DNA from: an uncultured Fibrobacterota bacterium
Lineage (GTDB): Bacteria; Fibrobacterota; Chitinivibrionia; Chitinivibrionales; FEN-1185
Assembly (NCBI GenBank): GCA_963753345.1
Contig: CAVWBU010000035.1
Location: 64,001 to 128,000 of the forward strand
Direction: 5' to 3'
DNA: 64,000 nt
This document shows positions 18,003 to 25,631 of the stretch, piece by piece. How positions within the stretch are numbered: the stretch's first letter is position 1; each line of letters begins with the position of its first letter. A program made the position numbers and the translations under genes. Below the pieces are notes generated by a model. The model did no database searches. It was not told the origin of the DNA and saw only the letters and a list, made by a program, of their open reading frames with translations.

Positions 18003-19064
18003 ATGTACAGAAACCAAAACAAAAGTCCTGCGGTAAAACCAGTCAAATCCGTCGCGCCTCTCGAATCCCAATTCGCCGAGGTGTCTTCAATGATCCTTGC
18101 CGCCCGCCAAAAGGCATTTCGTGCCGTGGATGCGGCGCTTGTGGAATTGTACTGGAACATCGGCCGGTACATCAGCAAGCGAGTGACAAGCGCGGAATGG
18201 GGGGAGGGAACGGTTGACAAATTGGCGAAATATCTCGAAAGGTGCATACCGGATTCCAAGGGATTCAATCGCCGCGGCCTTTACCGGACGAAACAATTCT
18301 ATGAGGCGTATGCAGGCAGCAGAGTTGTGTCCGCACTGCGGACACAACTAACGTGGACAAACCATCGGATCATTTTATCCAGAGCAAAGACGATGGAGGA
18401 ACGGGAATTCTATGTCCGGCTGTGCGCCAGCAGTCCTTTGTCATCCCGCGATCTGGAACGCCAGATAGACAGCGGCATGTTTGAGCGGAGCATTGCAAAA
18501 CCAAAAATGTCCGCAGCGCTGACACAAATTCATCCTGCTATTTCAAACGTAATTCGCGACTCGTATTCGCTGGATTTTCTCGGCCTTCCAAATGGGCATT
18601 CTGAGGCCGATCTGCGGAAGGCAATAGTCCGCTCGCTTAAAAAGTTCGTTATCGAGTTCGGCAGGGATTTTGCCTTTATTGGAGAAGAATACCGCGTGCA
18701 GGTCGGGTTAAAGGATTTCTATCTGGACCTGCTGTTCTATCACCGTGAGCTGCGCTGCCTGGTCGCTTTCGAATTGAAAATTGACGAGTTCAAGCCCGAG
18801 TATCTTGGAAAGCTTTCGTTTTATCTCGAAGCGCTTGACCGGGACGTCAAGAAACCGCATGAGAATCCGAGCATCGGGATTATCCTTTGCAAAGGAAAAG
18901 ATGACGAAGTCGTCGAATATGCATTGAACAGGACTTTGTCGCCGGCCGCAATCGCGGATTACACGACCAAGTTGCCGGATAAACGCCTGTTGAGGGACAA
19001 GCTGCATGAGTTTTTCGAATCGTCGGTGCGGGAGATGAGTGCGGAGTATGGAGGGAAAGGGTAG
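18003..19064 (+). CDS. YhcG/DUF1016 PD-(D/E)xK nuclease domain protein
   Basis: LYWNIG, LTWTNH, EREFY, DLLFYHRELRCLVAFELK and ENPSIGIILC. Confidence 0.92.
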   Translation: MYRNQNKSPAVKPVKSVAPLESQFAEVSSMILAARQKAFRAVDAALVELYWNIGRYISKRVTSAEWGEGTVDKLAKYLERCIPDSKGFNRRGLYRTKQFYEAYAGSRVVSALRTQLTWTNHRIILSRAKTMEEREFYVRLCASSPLSSRDLERQIDSGMFERSIAKPKMSAALTQIHPAISNVIRDSYSLDFLGLPNGHSEADLRKAIVRSLKKFVIEFGRDFAFIGEEYRVQVGLKDFYLDLLFYHRELRCLVAFELKIDEFKPEYLGKLSFYLEALDRDVKKPHENPSIGIILCKGKDDEVVEYALNRTLSPAAIADYTTKLPDKRLLRDKLHEFFESSVREMSAEYGGKG

Positions 19065-19068
19065 AAGC

Positions 19069-19776
19069 ATGTTTTCCGAATCCGACCTCCTCCCTCTTTC
19101 CGCCCTGCAGCACCTTGCGTTCTGCGAGCGCCAGTGCGGTCTTATCCACATTGAACAGGCATGGGCCGAAAACAGGCTCACCGCCGAGGGCCGCATTCTT
19201 CACGAACGCGTACACGGCCAGGAATCCGAGTCCCGCGGAGACGTTTACATTGTGCGCGGACTCAAGCTTCGGTCGCTTTGCCTCGGGGTAACCGGCGTTG
19301 CTGATGTGGTGGAATTCCACCGGACGGAAACGGGCGGCGTGGAACTTGCGGGTAAGCGGGGACGATGGATTCCCTTTCCCGTGGAGTATAAGCGGGGCAA
19401 GCCCAAGAGCGACGGATGCGACGAGGTTCAGCTGTGCGGCCAGGCTATGTGTTTGGAGGAAATGCTCGGTTGCGCAATTGAAAATGGCGCTTTGTATTAC
19501 GGCTCTCAGCACAAGCGACATGACGTCGCATTCGATGAAACGCTTCGGTCAGAGACTTCCGAAATGTCGCGCCGGCTCCACGAACTCATCGGAAAAGGAA
19601 TTACCCCGCCCGCGCATTATGAAAAGCGGTGCGACAGGTGTTCTCTGTTTGACATTTGCGTGCCTGAGGCGGGAAAGAAAAAAAGCGTGGGGAAGTATTT
19701 GGACGAGATGCTTGAGGTTGACAATTGTTTGACCTCATCCTCCATCCCCCTTCTCCCACGAGGAGATGGGGGGTAA
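19069..19776 (+). CDS. cas4: Cas4 exonuclease
   Basis: LSALQHLAFCERQ, GVADVVEF, PVEYKRG, QLCGQAMCLEEM and CDRCSLFDIC; the C-terminal tail runs into a repeat. Confidence 0.95.
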   Translation: MFSESDLLPLSALQHLAFCERQCGLIHIEQAWAENRLTAEGRILHERVHGQESESRGDVYIVRGLKLRSLCLGVTGVADVVEFHRTETGGVELAGKRGRWIPFPVEYKRGKPKSDGCDEVQLCGQAMCLEEMLGCAIENGALYYGSQHKRHDVAFDETLRSETSEMSRRLHELIGKGITPPAHYEKRCDRCSLFDICVPEAGKKKSVGKYLDEMLEVDNCLTSSSIPLLPRGDGG

Positions 19777-19830
19777 GAGCACAACGTGAGTGCTCCCCTC
19801 TCCTTATGGGAGAGGGGCCGGGGTGAGGTC
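19730..19830. repeat. Inverted pair of CCCCTCTCC...GGAGAGGGG...GGTGAGG palindromic repeats upstream of the DUF559 gene
   Basis: GACCTCATCCTCCATCCCCCTTCTCCCACGAGGAGATGGGG, then CCCCTCTCCTTATGGGAGAGGGGCCGGGGTGAGGTC. Confidence 0.75.
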
Positions 19831-19852
19831 AAACGGAAAAAGGATCAATACC

Positions 19853-20263
19853 ATGAACCTGTCCACTGGTCTGATCCGGTTACAGCGGATTGGGGGCGCC
19901 AAACTTGCAGACGCTCGCACGTTGCGCCGGAACATGACGGGGGCCGAAACGAAGCTGTGGGAACACTTGCGTAACAGGAACCTCGGCGGGTTCAAGTTCA
20001 GGCGTCAACAGATCGTGGAAGGGTTTATTGCCGATTTTTACTGCGAGACGGCCAAGCTGGCGCTTGAGATTGACGGTAGTGTGCATTCCGAAAAAGCCCA
20101 AATGGAAATTGACGAGCTTCGAGAAAAGGTATTTGGAGCACGCGGGATTCTCACATTTCGAATAGGGAACAAAGAGGTGGAAGATGATCTTACCGCCGTC
20201 TTACTCAGAATAAGACATTCCTGCGATTCACGGTCAACAATACAACAACCGGGAATACGGTAA
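19853..20263 (+). CDS. DUF559 (Vsr-like) endonuclease domain protein
   Basis: ARTLRRNMTGAETKLW, KFRRQ, FIADFYC and LEIDGSVH. Confidence 0.92.
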   Translation: MNLSTGLIRLQRIGGAKLADARTLRRNMTGAETKLWEHLRNRNLGGFKFRRQQIVEGFIADFYCETAKLALEIDGSVHSEKAQMEIDELREKVFGARGILTFRIGNKEVEDDLTAVLLRIRHSCDSRSTIQQPGIR

Positions 20264-20268
20264 TTTGT

Positions 20269-20307
20269 CACCCCTCTCCTTGCGGGAGAGGGGTCGGGAG
20301 TGAGGTC
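20269..20307 (+). repeat. DUF559-associated palindromic repeat supplying the cas1 RBS
   Basis: CCCCTCTCCTTGCGGGAGAGGGGTCGGGAGTGAGGTC immediately before ATG 20308. Confidence 0.75.
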
Positions 20308-21339
20308 ATGAAACATCTTCTCAACACGCTGTATGTCACCACGCCGGGCGCATATCTCTGTAAAGAAGGCGAGACCGTGGTGGTGCGGGTCGAACAGGAG
20401 ACGAAACTCCAGGTGCCTGCCGTCGCATTGGAAGGGATTGTCTGCCTCGGCGGCGTCGGGTTTTCGCCGCCGCTCATGGACCTGTGCGCGGAAAGGGGCG
20501 TGACGATTTCCTTTCTTACCGAGCAGGGTAATTTCCTTGCGCGGGTGACCGGTCCGGTTTCCGGGAATATTCTTCTGCGTAAAGAACAGTACCGTCGCGC
20601 CGAAGATCCGGCAAAAACCGCAGCGCTTGCCTCGGGTTTTATTCTTGGTAAACTCGCCAACTGCCGGGCCGTTCTCCTTCGGGCCGTGCGCGACGGGGCC
20701 GAAGGGGAAAATAGCGTCGCGCTCTCCAAATGCGCCGATTACCTCCGCAACATCATGCACCAGGTGAGAAGGGAGACCGACCTCGAAGCGCTGCGCGGCA
20801 AGGAAGGCGAGGCGGGCCACGCATATTTCTCCGTGTTCGACCGGTTGATTGTCACGCAGAAAGACGGTTTCTGTTTCAAGGAACGGAGCAGACGGCCGCC
20901 TCTCGATAATGTCAATGCATTGCTGTCTTTTGTTTATACCCTGCTTGCCCATGACTGCGTGGGCGCGTGTGAAACGGTTGGGCTCGACCCACAGGCAGGC
21001 TTTTTGCACGCGGACAGGCCCGGCAGGCCGGGACTGGCGCTTGATTTGATGGAAGAGTTCCGGCCGTTCTTTGCCGACAGGCTGGCGCTCACGCTTGTCA
21101 ACCGTCAACAGGTGAAGGCGGACGGCTTCAAGAAGACCGAAACGGGCGCCGTTATTATGACGCCCGAAACAAAACGGGAAGTGCTCAAGGCGTATCAGGA
21201 GCGCAAACGTGAGGAGTTGGCGCACCCGTTTCTCAACGAAAAGGTGTCGGTCGGGCTTTTACCATATATACAGGCGAGGCTGCTGGCAAGGCACCTTCGC
21301 GGGGATTTGGACGGCTACCCGCCGTTTGTGTGGAAATAA
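20308..21339 (+). CDS. cas1: Type I-C Cas1
   Basis: HLLNTLYVTT, LRGKEGEA, RRPPLDNVNALLSF and LDLMEEFR. Confidence 0.97.
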   Translation: MKHLLNTLYVTTPGAYLCKEGETVVVRVEQETKLQVPAVALEGIVCLGGVGFSPPLMDLCAERGVTISFLTEQGNFLARVTGPVSGNILLRKEQYRRAEDPAKTAALASGFILGKLANCRAVLLRAVRDGAEGENSVALSKCADYLRNIMHQVRRETDLEALRGKEGEAGHAYFSVFDRLIVTQKDGFCFKERSRRPPLDNVNALLSFVYTLLAHDCVGACETVGLDPQAGFLHADRPGRPGLALDLMEEFRPFFADRLALTLVNRQQVKADGFKKTETGAVIMTPETKREVLKAYQERKREELAHPFLNEKVSVGLLPYIQARLLARHLRGDLDGYPPFVWK

Positions 21340-21347
21340 AACAGTTT

Positions 21348-21412
21348 CTCCCCTCTCCGTTCAGGCTACTATTGGAAATGCTCGAAGGGGCAAGGGGGGC
21401 CGGGGGTGAGGT
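21348..21412 (+). repeat. Interrupted copy of the DUF559-associated repeat before cas2
   Basis: CTCCCCTCTCC...GGGGCCGGGGGTGAGG, then TTATG. Confidence 0.6.
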
Positions 21413-21413
21413 T

Positions 21414-21704
21414 ATGTTGGTCCTTGTCACCTACGACGTAAATACGGCATCACCCGAAGGCCGACGCCGATTGCGCAACGTGGCCAAGAAATGTGAAGAT
21501 TTTGGACAGCGCGTACAGAACTCGGTGTTCGAATGCCTGATAGACTCGGCGCAGTGGGCTGTACTAAAACAGGACCTGATTGACATAATAGACGGCAAGA
21601 CGGACAGTCTGCGCTTCTACTTTCTCGGGGCGAATTGGCAGCGTCGCGTTGAGCATGTGGGCGCAAAACCGACGTATGATCCGGAAGGGTTTTTGCTTGT
21701 CTGA
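21414..21704 (+). CDS. cas2: Cas2
   Basis: MLVLVTYDV, GQRVQNSVFEC and DSLRFY. Confidence 0.96.
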   Translation: MLVLVTYDVNTASPEGRRRLRNVAKKCEDFGQRVQNSVFECLIDSAQWAVLKQDLIDIIDGKTDSLRFYFLGANWQRRVEHVGAKPTYDPEGFLLV

Positions 21705-21891
21705 TCGGCCGGTGCGGACCCAAGTCGAGCATGGGCTTCCAGTAGGGTCCGCGATAAATTTATCTTCCGTGATGTCAAGTGCTTGCAATGAGCGGTCTTT
21801 GAAAAGGTGAGTCTCTTACAGCACGTTCGCGGCAGGGTTCGCGGAAACGACCCCGTATCTCTTTTCTTTACAAAGGGATAGACCTGCCGCC
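21705..21891 (+). promoter_or_regulatory. CRISPR leader
   Basis: Non-coding region between cas2 and the first repeat, with GCGGACCC/GGGTCCGC inverted motif and repeated GTTCGCG motifs typical of I-C leaders. Confidence 0.7.
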
Positions 21892-22338
21892 GTCGCGCCC
21901 CACGTGGGCGCGTGGATTGAAACGTGCATCGGTCACTCGTCATTGCATCGGTGTCGCGCCCCACGTGGGCGCGTGGATTGAAACTAGACGTGGATTCGAG
22001 CGCACGAGTCGCGCCCCACGTGGGCGCGTGGATTGAAACCCGTAAACGTACGCAACCGCGCTATGCGGATGGTGACAGTCGCGCCCCACGTGGGCGCGTG
22101 GATTGAAACCCGGTTGTCCGCAATCTGATAAACAATGTCGCATGTACGGTCGCGCCCCACGTGGGCGCGTGGATTGAAACATGAAATCCGTTATCCGACG
22201 TAAAAACTCTCTGTTATTGACAAACATTGCTGGTCGCGCCCCACGTGGGCGCGTGGATTGAAACATCTTACACTAATAGGAACCACGTCCTGTTGACATA
22301 GTGAGTCTGTCGCGCCCCACGTGGGCGCGTGGATGAAC
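21892..22338 (+). CRISPR. Type I-C CRISPR array: 7 repeats, 6 spacers
   Basis: 32-bp repeat GTCGCGCCCCACGTGGGCGCGTGGATTGAAAC at 21892, 21953, 22008, 22078, 22149 and 22233, with a degenerate terminal copy at 22309; spacers 29, 23, 38, 39, 52, 44 bp. Confidence 0.98.
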
Positions 22339-22399
22339 TGGTCCGTGTATCTTTCGTCAAGTTGACATTAAGAGTTCATGGCTTGCGCATGAAAGAACC

Positions 22400-22592
22400 T
22401 TGACTGAACGGATTTCTTCTGCCGCGCGCCAGGCCGGACTGGAGGCCGCGCCAAAGCGCGGTGCGGCCCCTGACCACGGCCCGCAGGGCCATCGTGGCAG
22501 GCGGTAACGAGGCGAACAGCCGAGCCCGAAGGGAGACCGACCCCTTTGTAGAGGCGTCGCGGTGCGGCGCCTCTACAAAGGGGGAACGCCCA
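22400..22592 (-). repeat. Intergenic repeat family A, copy 2
   Basis: TTGAC...TTTCTTCTGCCGCGCG...AACGAGGCGAACAGCCGAGCCCG...GGGGAACGCCCA. Confidence 0.85.
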
Positions 22593-22657
22593 ACTTCATT
22601 GCTCTCTTTGAGAAGCGGCGGGGCGCCCATTTTTCTTCTTAATCTTCAACCCTTTCC

Positions 22658-22705
22658 CGCATACGCGCATTTACGCATCTACGCATACCCGCATCCACGC
22701 ATTTA
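22658..22705. repeat. Six tandem degenerate 8-mers (CGCATNNN)
   Basis: cgcatacg cgcattta cgcatcta cgcatacc cgcatcca cgcattta. Confidence 0.8.
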
Positions 22706-22718
22706 CTATTTTATCCCC

Positions 22719-23201
22719 ATGGACCCAATCACCGTTGCCGTCATGTGCGTGTGCCTTGCGGGAGGGGCGGGCTCGGGCATAGGACTGCTGCTCATTATCA
22801 CCTCGCTGCGGCGGAACAGGCCCCTGGTGGAGGAGAAATACAAGACCACCTTCGCGTTTCAGGGGAACCTGCGCCAGACCCACCTGCTCGACGCCATACA
22901 GTTCCTGGAGATAGGCCGTCGCGAGGGTATTTTGCACGTGTACTGCGGACGGAGAAAGGGCTATTTGATATTTGTAAAGGGACAGGTGGTGGACGCTTTT
23001 TACCGGAACGTCACAAAACGCGAAGCAGTGTTCGCAATGCTCGATCTTGAGGACGGCGACTTCTATTTCGAGCCCAAGCTCATTTCCCAGCCACGCCTCA
23101 TCTCCGACACCATCATGGACATCGCGTTCGAGTGGGACGCGCGCAAGACCGGCAAGCTCAGCGTGCCGCCCGCCGACGCGCCGCCTGCTGCGCAGCAGTA
23201 A
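22719..23201 (+). CDS. Membrane-anchored DUF4388 domain protein
   Basis: N-terminal TM helix; FQGNL..THLLDAIQFL...REGIL...GQVVDA...GDFYF. Confidence 0.85.
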   Translation: MDPITVAVMCVCLAGGAGSGIGLLLIITSLRRNRPLVEEKYKTTFAFQGNLRQTHLLDAIQFLEIGRREGILHVYCGRRKGYLIFVKGQVVDAFYRNVTKREAVFAMLDLEDGDFYFEPKLISQPRLISDTIMDIAFEWDARKTGKLSVPPADAPPAAQQ

Positions 23202-23239
23202 GAGGGTTTCCCGGGACGGCAACCAAGAGGTGCAGTGTC

Positions 23240-24190
23240 ATGAAGAACGAGTTGAAGATATTCTGCGGTAACTCGAATCCGGAGCTGGCGAAGAAGATAT
23301 GCAGGAATCTCGGCATAAAGCTCGGCAAGCGCGAGATCGTCAAGTTTTCAAACGAGAATATCAAGGTGAGGATCCTGGAAAGCGTGCGCGGCAAGGACGT
23401 ATACGTGGTGCAGTCGTCGTGCCCGCCGGTCAACGAGAACCTCGTGGAAATGCTCATCATGATCGACGCCATACGGCACGCCAAGGCCGGCAGCGTCACC
23501 GCGGTCCTGCCGTATTATCCCTACGCACGGTCCGACAAGAAGGACGAGCCGCGCATCTCCATCACCGCGAGGCTCATCGCGGATCTCCTCGAGGTTTCGG
23601 GCGCCAGCCGCGTGATGACCATGAACCTTCATTCGCCGCAGATCGCGGGCTTCTTCCGGATCCCGGTGGACCACCTGCTCGCCGGAAAACTCATCTGTAA
23701 ATATTACAAGGAAAAAGCGGGCATTGACAACTGCGTGGTGGTGGCGCCCGACGCGGGCAGCGCAAAGCGCGCGGGCATCTATGCCATCAACCTGGGCCTG
23801 CCGCTCGCCATCCTCGACAAACGCCGCGAAGACGACTCCGAGAGCGCCAAGGTCCACCACGTGATCGGTGACGTGAAGGGAAAGCGCGCGCTCATCTTCG
23901 ACGACGAGATCGCCACCGGCGGCTCCATTCTCGAGACGGTGAAGGCGCTCGAGTCCCTCGGCGTGAGGGAAATCGAGGCGTGCTGCGTGCACGCCGTGCT
24001 GTCGGGAAAGGCCGTGGAGCGGCTGGGAAATTCGAGCCTGTCGCGTCTCGTGGTGACCGACACGGTCACCATCCCTCCGGAAAAACGAATTTCCAAAATG
24101 GTTATCCTCTCGGTTGCCGAGCTGTTTGCCAAGGCAATCAAATATTCCAACCGCGGGCAGTCGATAAGCGGGCTGTTCGGGAAAATCTAG
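23240..24190 (+). CDS. prs: Ribose-phosphate pyrophosphokinase
   Basis: ESVRGKDV, PYYPYARSDKK, VAPDAG and DDEIATGGS. Confidence 0.96.
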   Translation: MKNELKIFCGNSNPELAKKICRNLGIKLGKREIVKFSNENIKVRILESVRGKDVYVVQSSCPPVNENLVEMLIMIDAIRHAKAGSVTAVLPYYPYARSDKKDEPRISITARLIADLLEVSGASRVMTMNLHSPQIAGFFRIPVDHLLAGKLICKYYKEKAGIDNCVVVAPDAGSAKRAGIYAINLGLPLAILDKRREDDSESAKVHHVIGDVKGKRALIFDDEIATGGSILETVKALESLGVREIEACCVHAVLSGKAVERLGNSSLSRLVVTDTVTIPPEKRISKMVILSVAELFAKAIKYSNRGQSISGLFGKI

Positions 24191-24267
24191 TTAAGATTTG
24201 AAAAAAACTTGGGCGTTCGTGGAGGATTTCTGCGGCCAAACGACGAAAGATCGGTCGCGCGCGGATG

Positions 24268-24522
24268 TTACACGCCTTTCGGCGCCCGCCTCTTGCCCAG
24301 GCTCCGGGTTTCCTGCGGGGGCTCGATCCCTTCTTTTATGCACGAAGCAAGTGCTTGCTTAATGGGAATCCACCGGCCGTTGCACAGGACGTTCCCGCTA
24401 CCGAGGCGATCGATGATCTTCTTTTCGGTGTTCATCCGCTCGGACAGCAAAACCCACACGCCCTGATCGTCGAGCACCTTGCCTTCAATCACCAGGTTCT
24501 TTATTTTCTTGATCGTGTCCAT
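24268..24522 (-). CDS. Small hypothetical protein
   Basis: Last ORF of the minus-strand operon (MDTIKKIKNL...); start uncertain. Confidence 0.5.
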   Translation of the reverse strand: MDTIKKIKNLVIEGKVLDDQGVWVLLSERMNTEKKIIDRLGSGNVLCNGRWIPIKQALASCIKEGIEPPQETRSLGKRRAPKGV

Positions 24523-24535
24523 GGCGCGCGCAGTT

Positions 24536-25135
24536 CTAGAAGAAAGAAACACTGTCCTGGTGTGAAGTGGGAACTCCGGCCTTGTGCCGCGGCGCCTTGG
24601 GCGCCGCCGAAGGCTCCTTCTTCACCTTGGGCCGCGTCTCCCTCGCGGGCATTTCGGGTTTCTCCCGCGCGGCTTCGGCCTGTACGCGCGGGTGCGTGAC
24701 GGCGGCGGTGTCCGCGACAGAGGGCTTTTCCTCGGCGGTTTTCCTGAGCGCGGCTTCTTCGTCGGTCTTCGCCTTTGCCGCCTCCTGAAGGGCGATGGAA
24801 TGCGACACCGCAGAGAGGCTTGACAGGCGGCCGTTCACGGTCCTTGTGAAGTAATTTCCGAGAAAAAAGACGCCCCCGAGCGACACGATGCTCACCGCGA
24901 GGGCGATAACGGCCAGCACGGTATTGCGCCTCGACGATACCACGATCTTTTCCGACACGGCCCCTGCGATGAGCTTTTCGAGCTGAATGACGGCATAGCC
25001 GCATTCATTGCTGTCCGGGAACTCGTCGATAATTGCCTTGTACAGCCGGCATGCCTCCGAAATCTTATTTTCGTCGTACTGCAGCCGGTAGGCCTTTTCG
25101 TACAGCTCGAGCGGAGTGTTTGCCTGATTGTTCAT
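24536..25135 (-). CDS. Membrane protein with an N-terminal TPR-like helix pair
   Basis: LYEKAY...YKAIIDEFPDS TPR-like motif; single TM; low-complexity tail. Confidence 0.7.
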   Translation of the reverse strand: MNNQANTPLELYEKAYRLQYDENKISEACRLYKAIIDEFPDSNECGYAVIQLEKLIAGAVSEKIVVSSRRNTVLAVIALAVSIVSLGGVFFLGNYFTRTVNGRLSSLSAVSHSIALQEAAKAKTDEEAALRKTAEEKPSVADTAAVTHPRVQAEAAREKPEMPARETRPKVKKEPSAAPKAPRHKAGVPTSHQDSVSFF

Positions 25136-25464
25136 CGTAATCCTCTCATGGCGTTTTTAAGAAGCGATTTTACCTGCTTGTCGGACATGATCTGGGCGGG
25201 GGACGGATTCGGCACATACCGGTCGCAGATGAATTTCTGGTCTCCGCCGAAGGAGACCACACCCGCGGTCCCGCCGGTGCGCTTCGCCCTGAACTGCGGG
25301 CATTTCTGTTTCATCTTGCAGTTGAAACAGGACGCCTCCTGCTGTCGCTGCTGGACGTCGTATCCTTTCGCGGCCAGTGACTTGTCGCGGACGTCGGTTT
25401 CGTACGAGTGGGCGATTGCCCTGTTCTTTTCGACGATCCGGTCGTGGTCAACGTATCGTTTCAT
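25132..25464 (-). CDS. Cys-containing hypothetical protein
   Basis: CFNCKMKQKC...CDRY; GAGGAG RBS; ATGA overlap with the next gene. Confidence 0.65.
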   Translation of the reverse strand: MKRYVDHDRIVEKNRAIAHSYETDVRDKSLAAKGYDVQQRQQEASCFNCKMKQKCPQFRAKRTGGTAGVVSFGGDQKFICDRYVPNPSPAQIMSDKQVKSLLKNAMRGLR

Positions 25465-25631
25465 GGCTGCCGCTCCTCGCTTGGCTCTGGTGCAAAAATA
25501 ATCGATTACGCGCTCGTCTACAAGCCGGTCGGACCGATCAGGCATTCGGCCGGGAACCGCGCTTTCCCGCGATTGCGCGCTGCGGCGCCGGATCGCACGC
25601 CTTGTTCCAAACGTCGGAACGATCCGCCGCT

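Noticed and set aside
21940-22266. 108-aa ORF with FQSTRPRGAR repeats
   Set aside because: Artefact of translating the CRISPR repeats on the reverse strand.
21924-22308. Self-targeting spacers within the window
   Set aside because: By eye only 7-9 nt matches without a convincing TTC PAM; needs computation.
24209-24260. Possible ninth family A copy (TTGGGCGTTC...ATCGGTCGC)
   Set aside because: Only the terminus resembles the family; too short to support.
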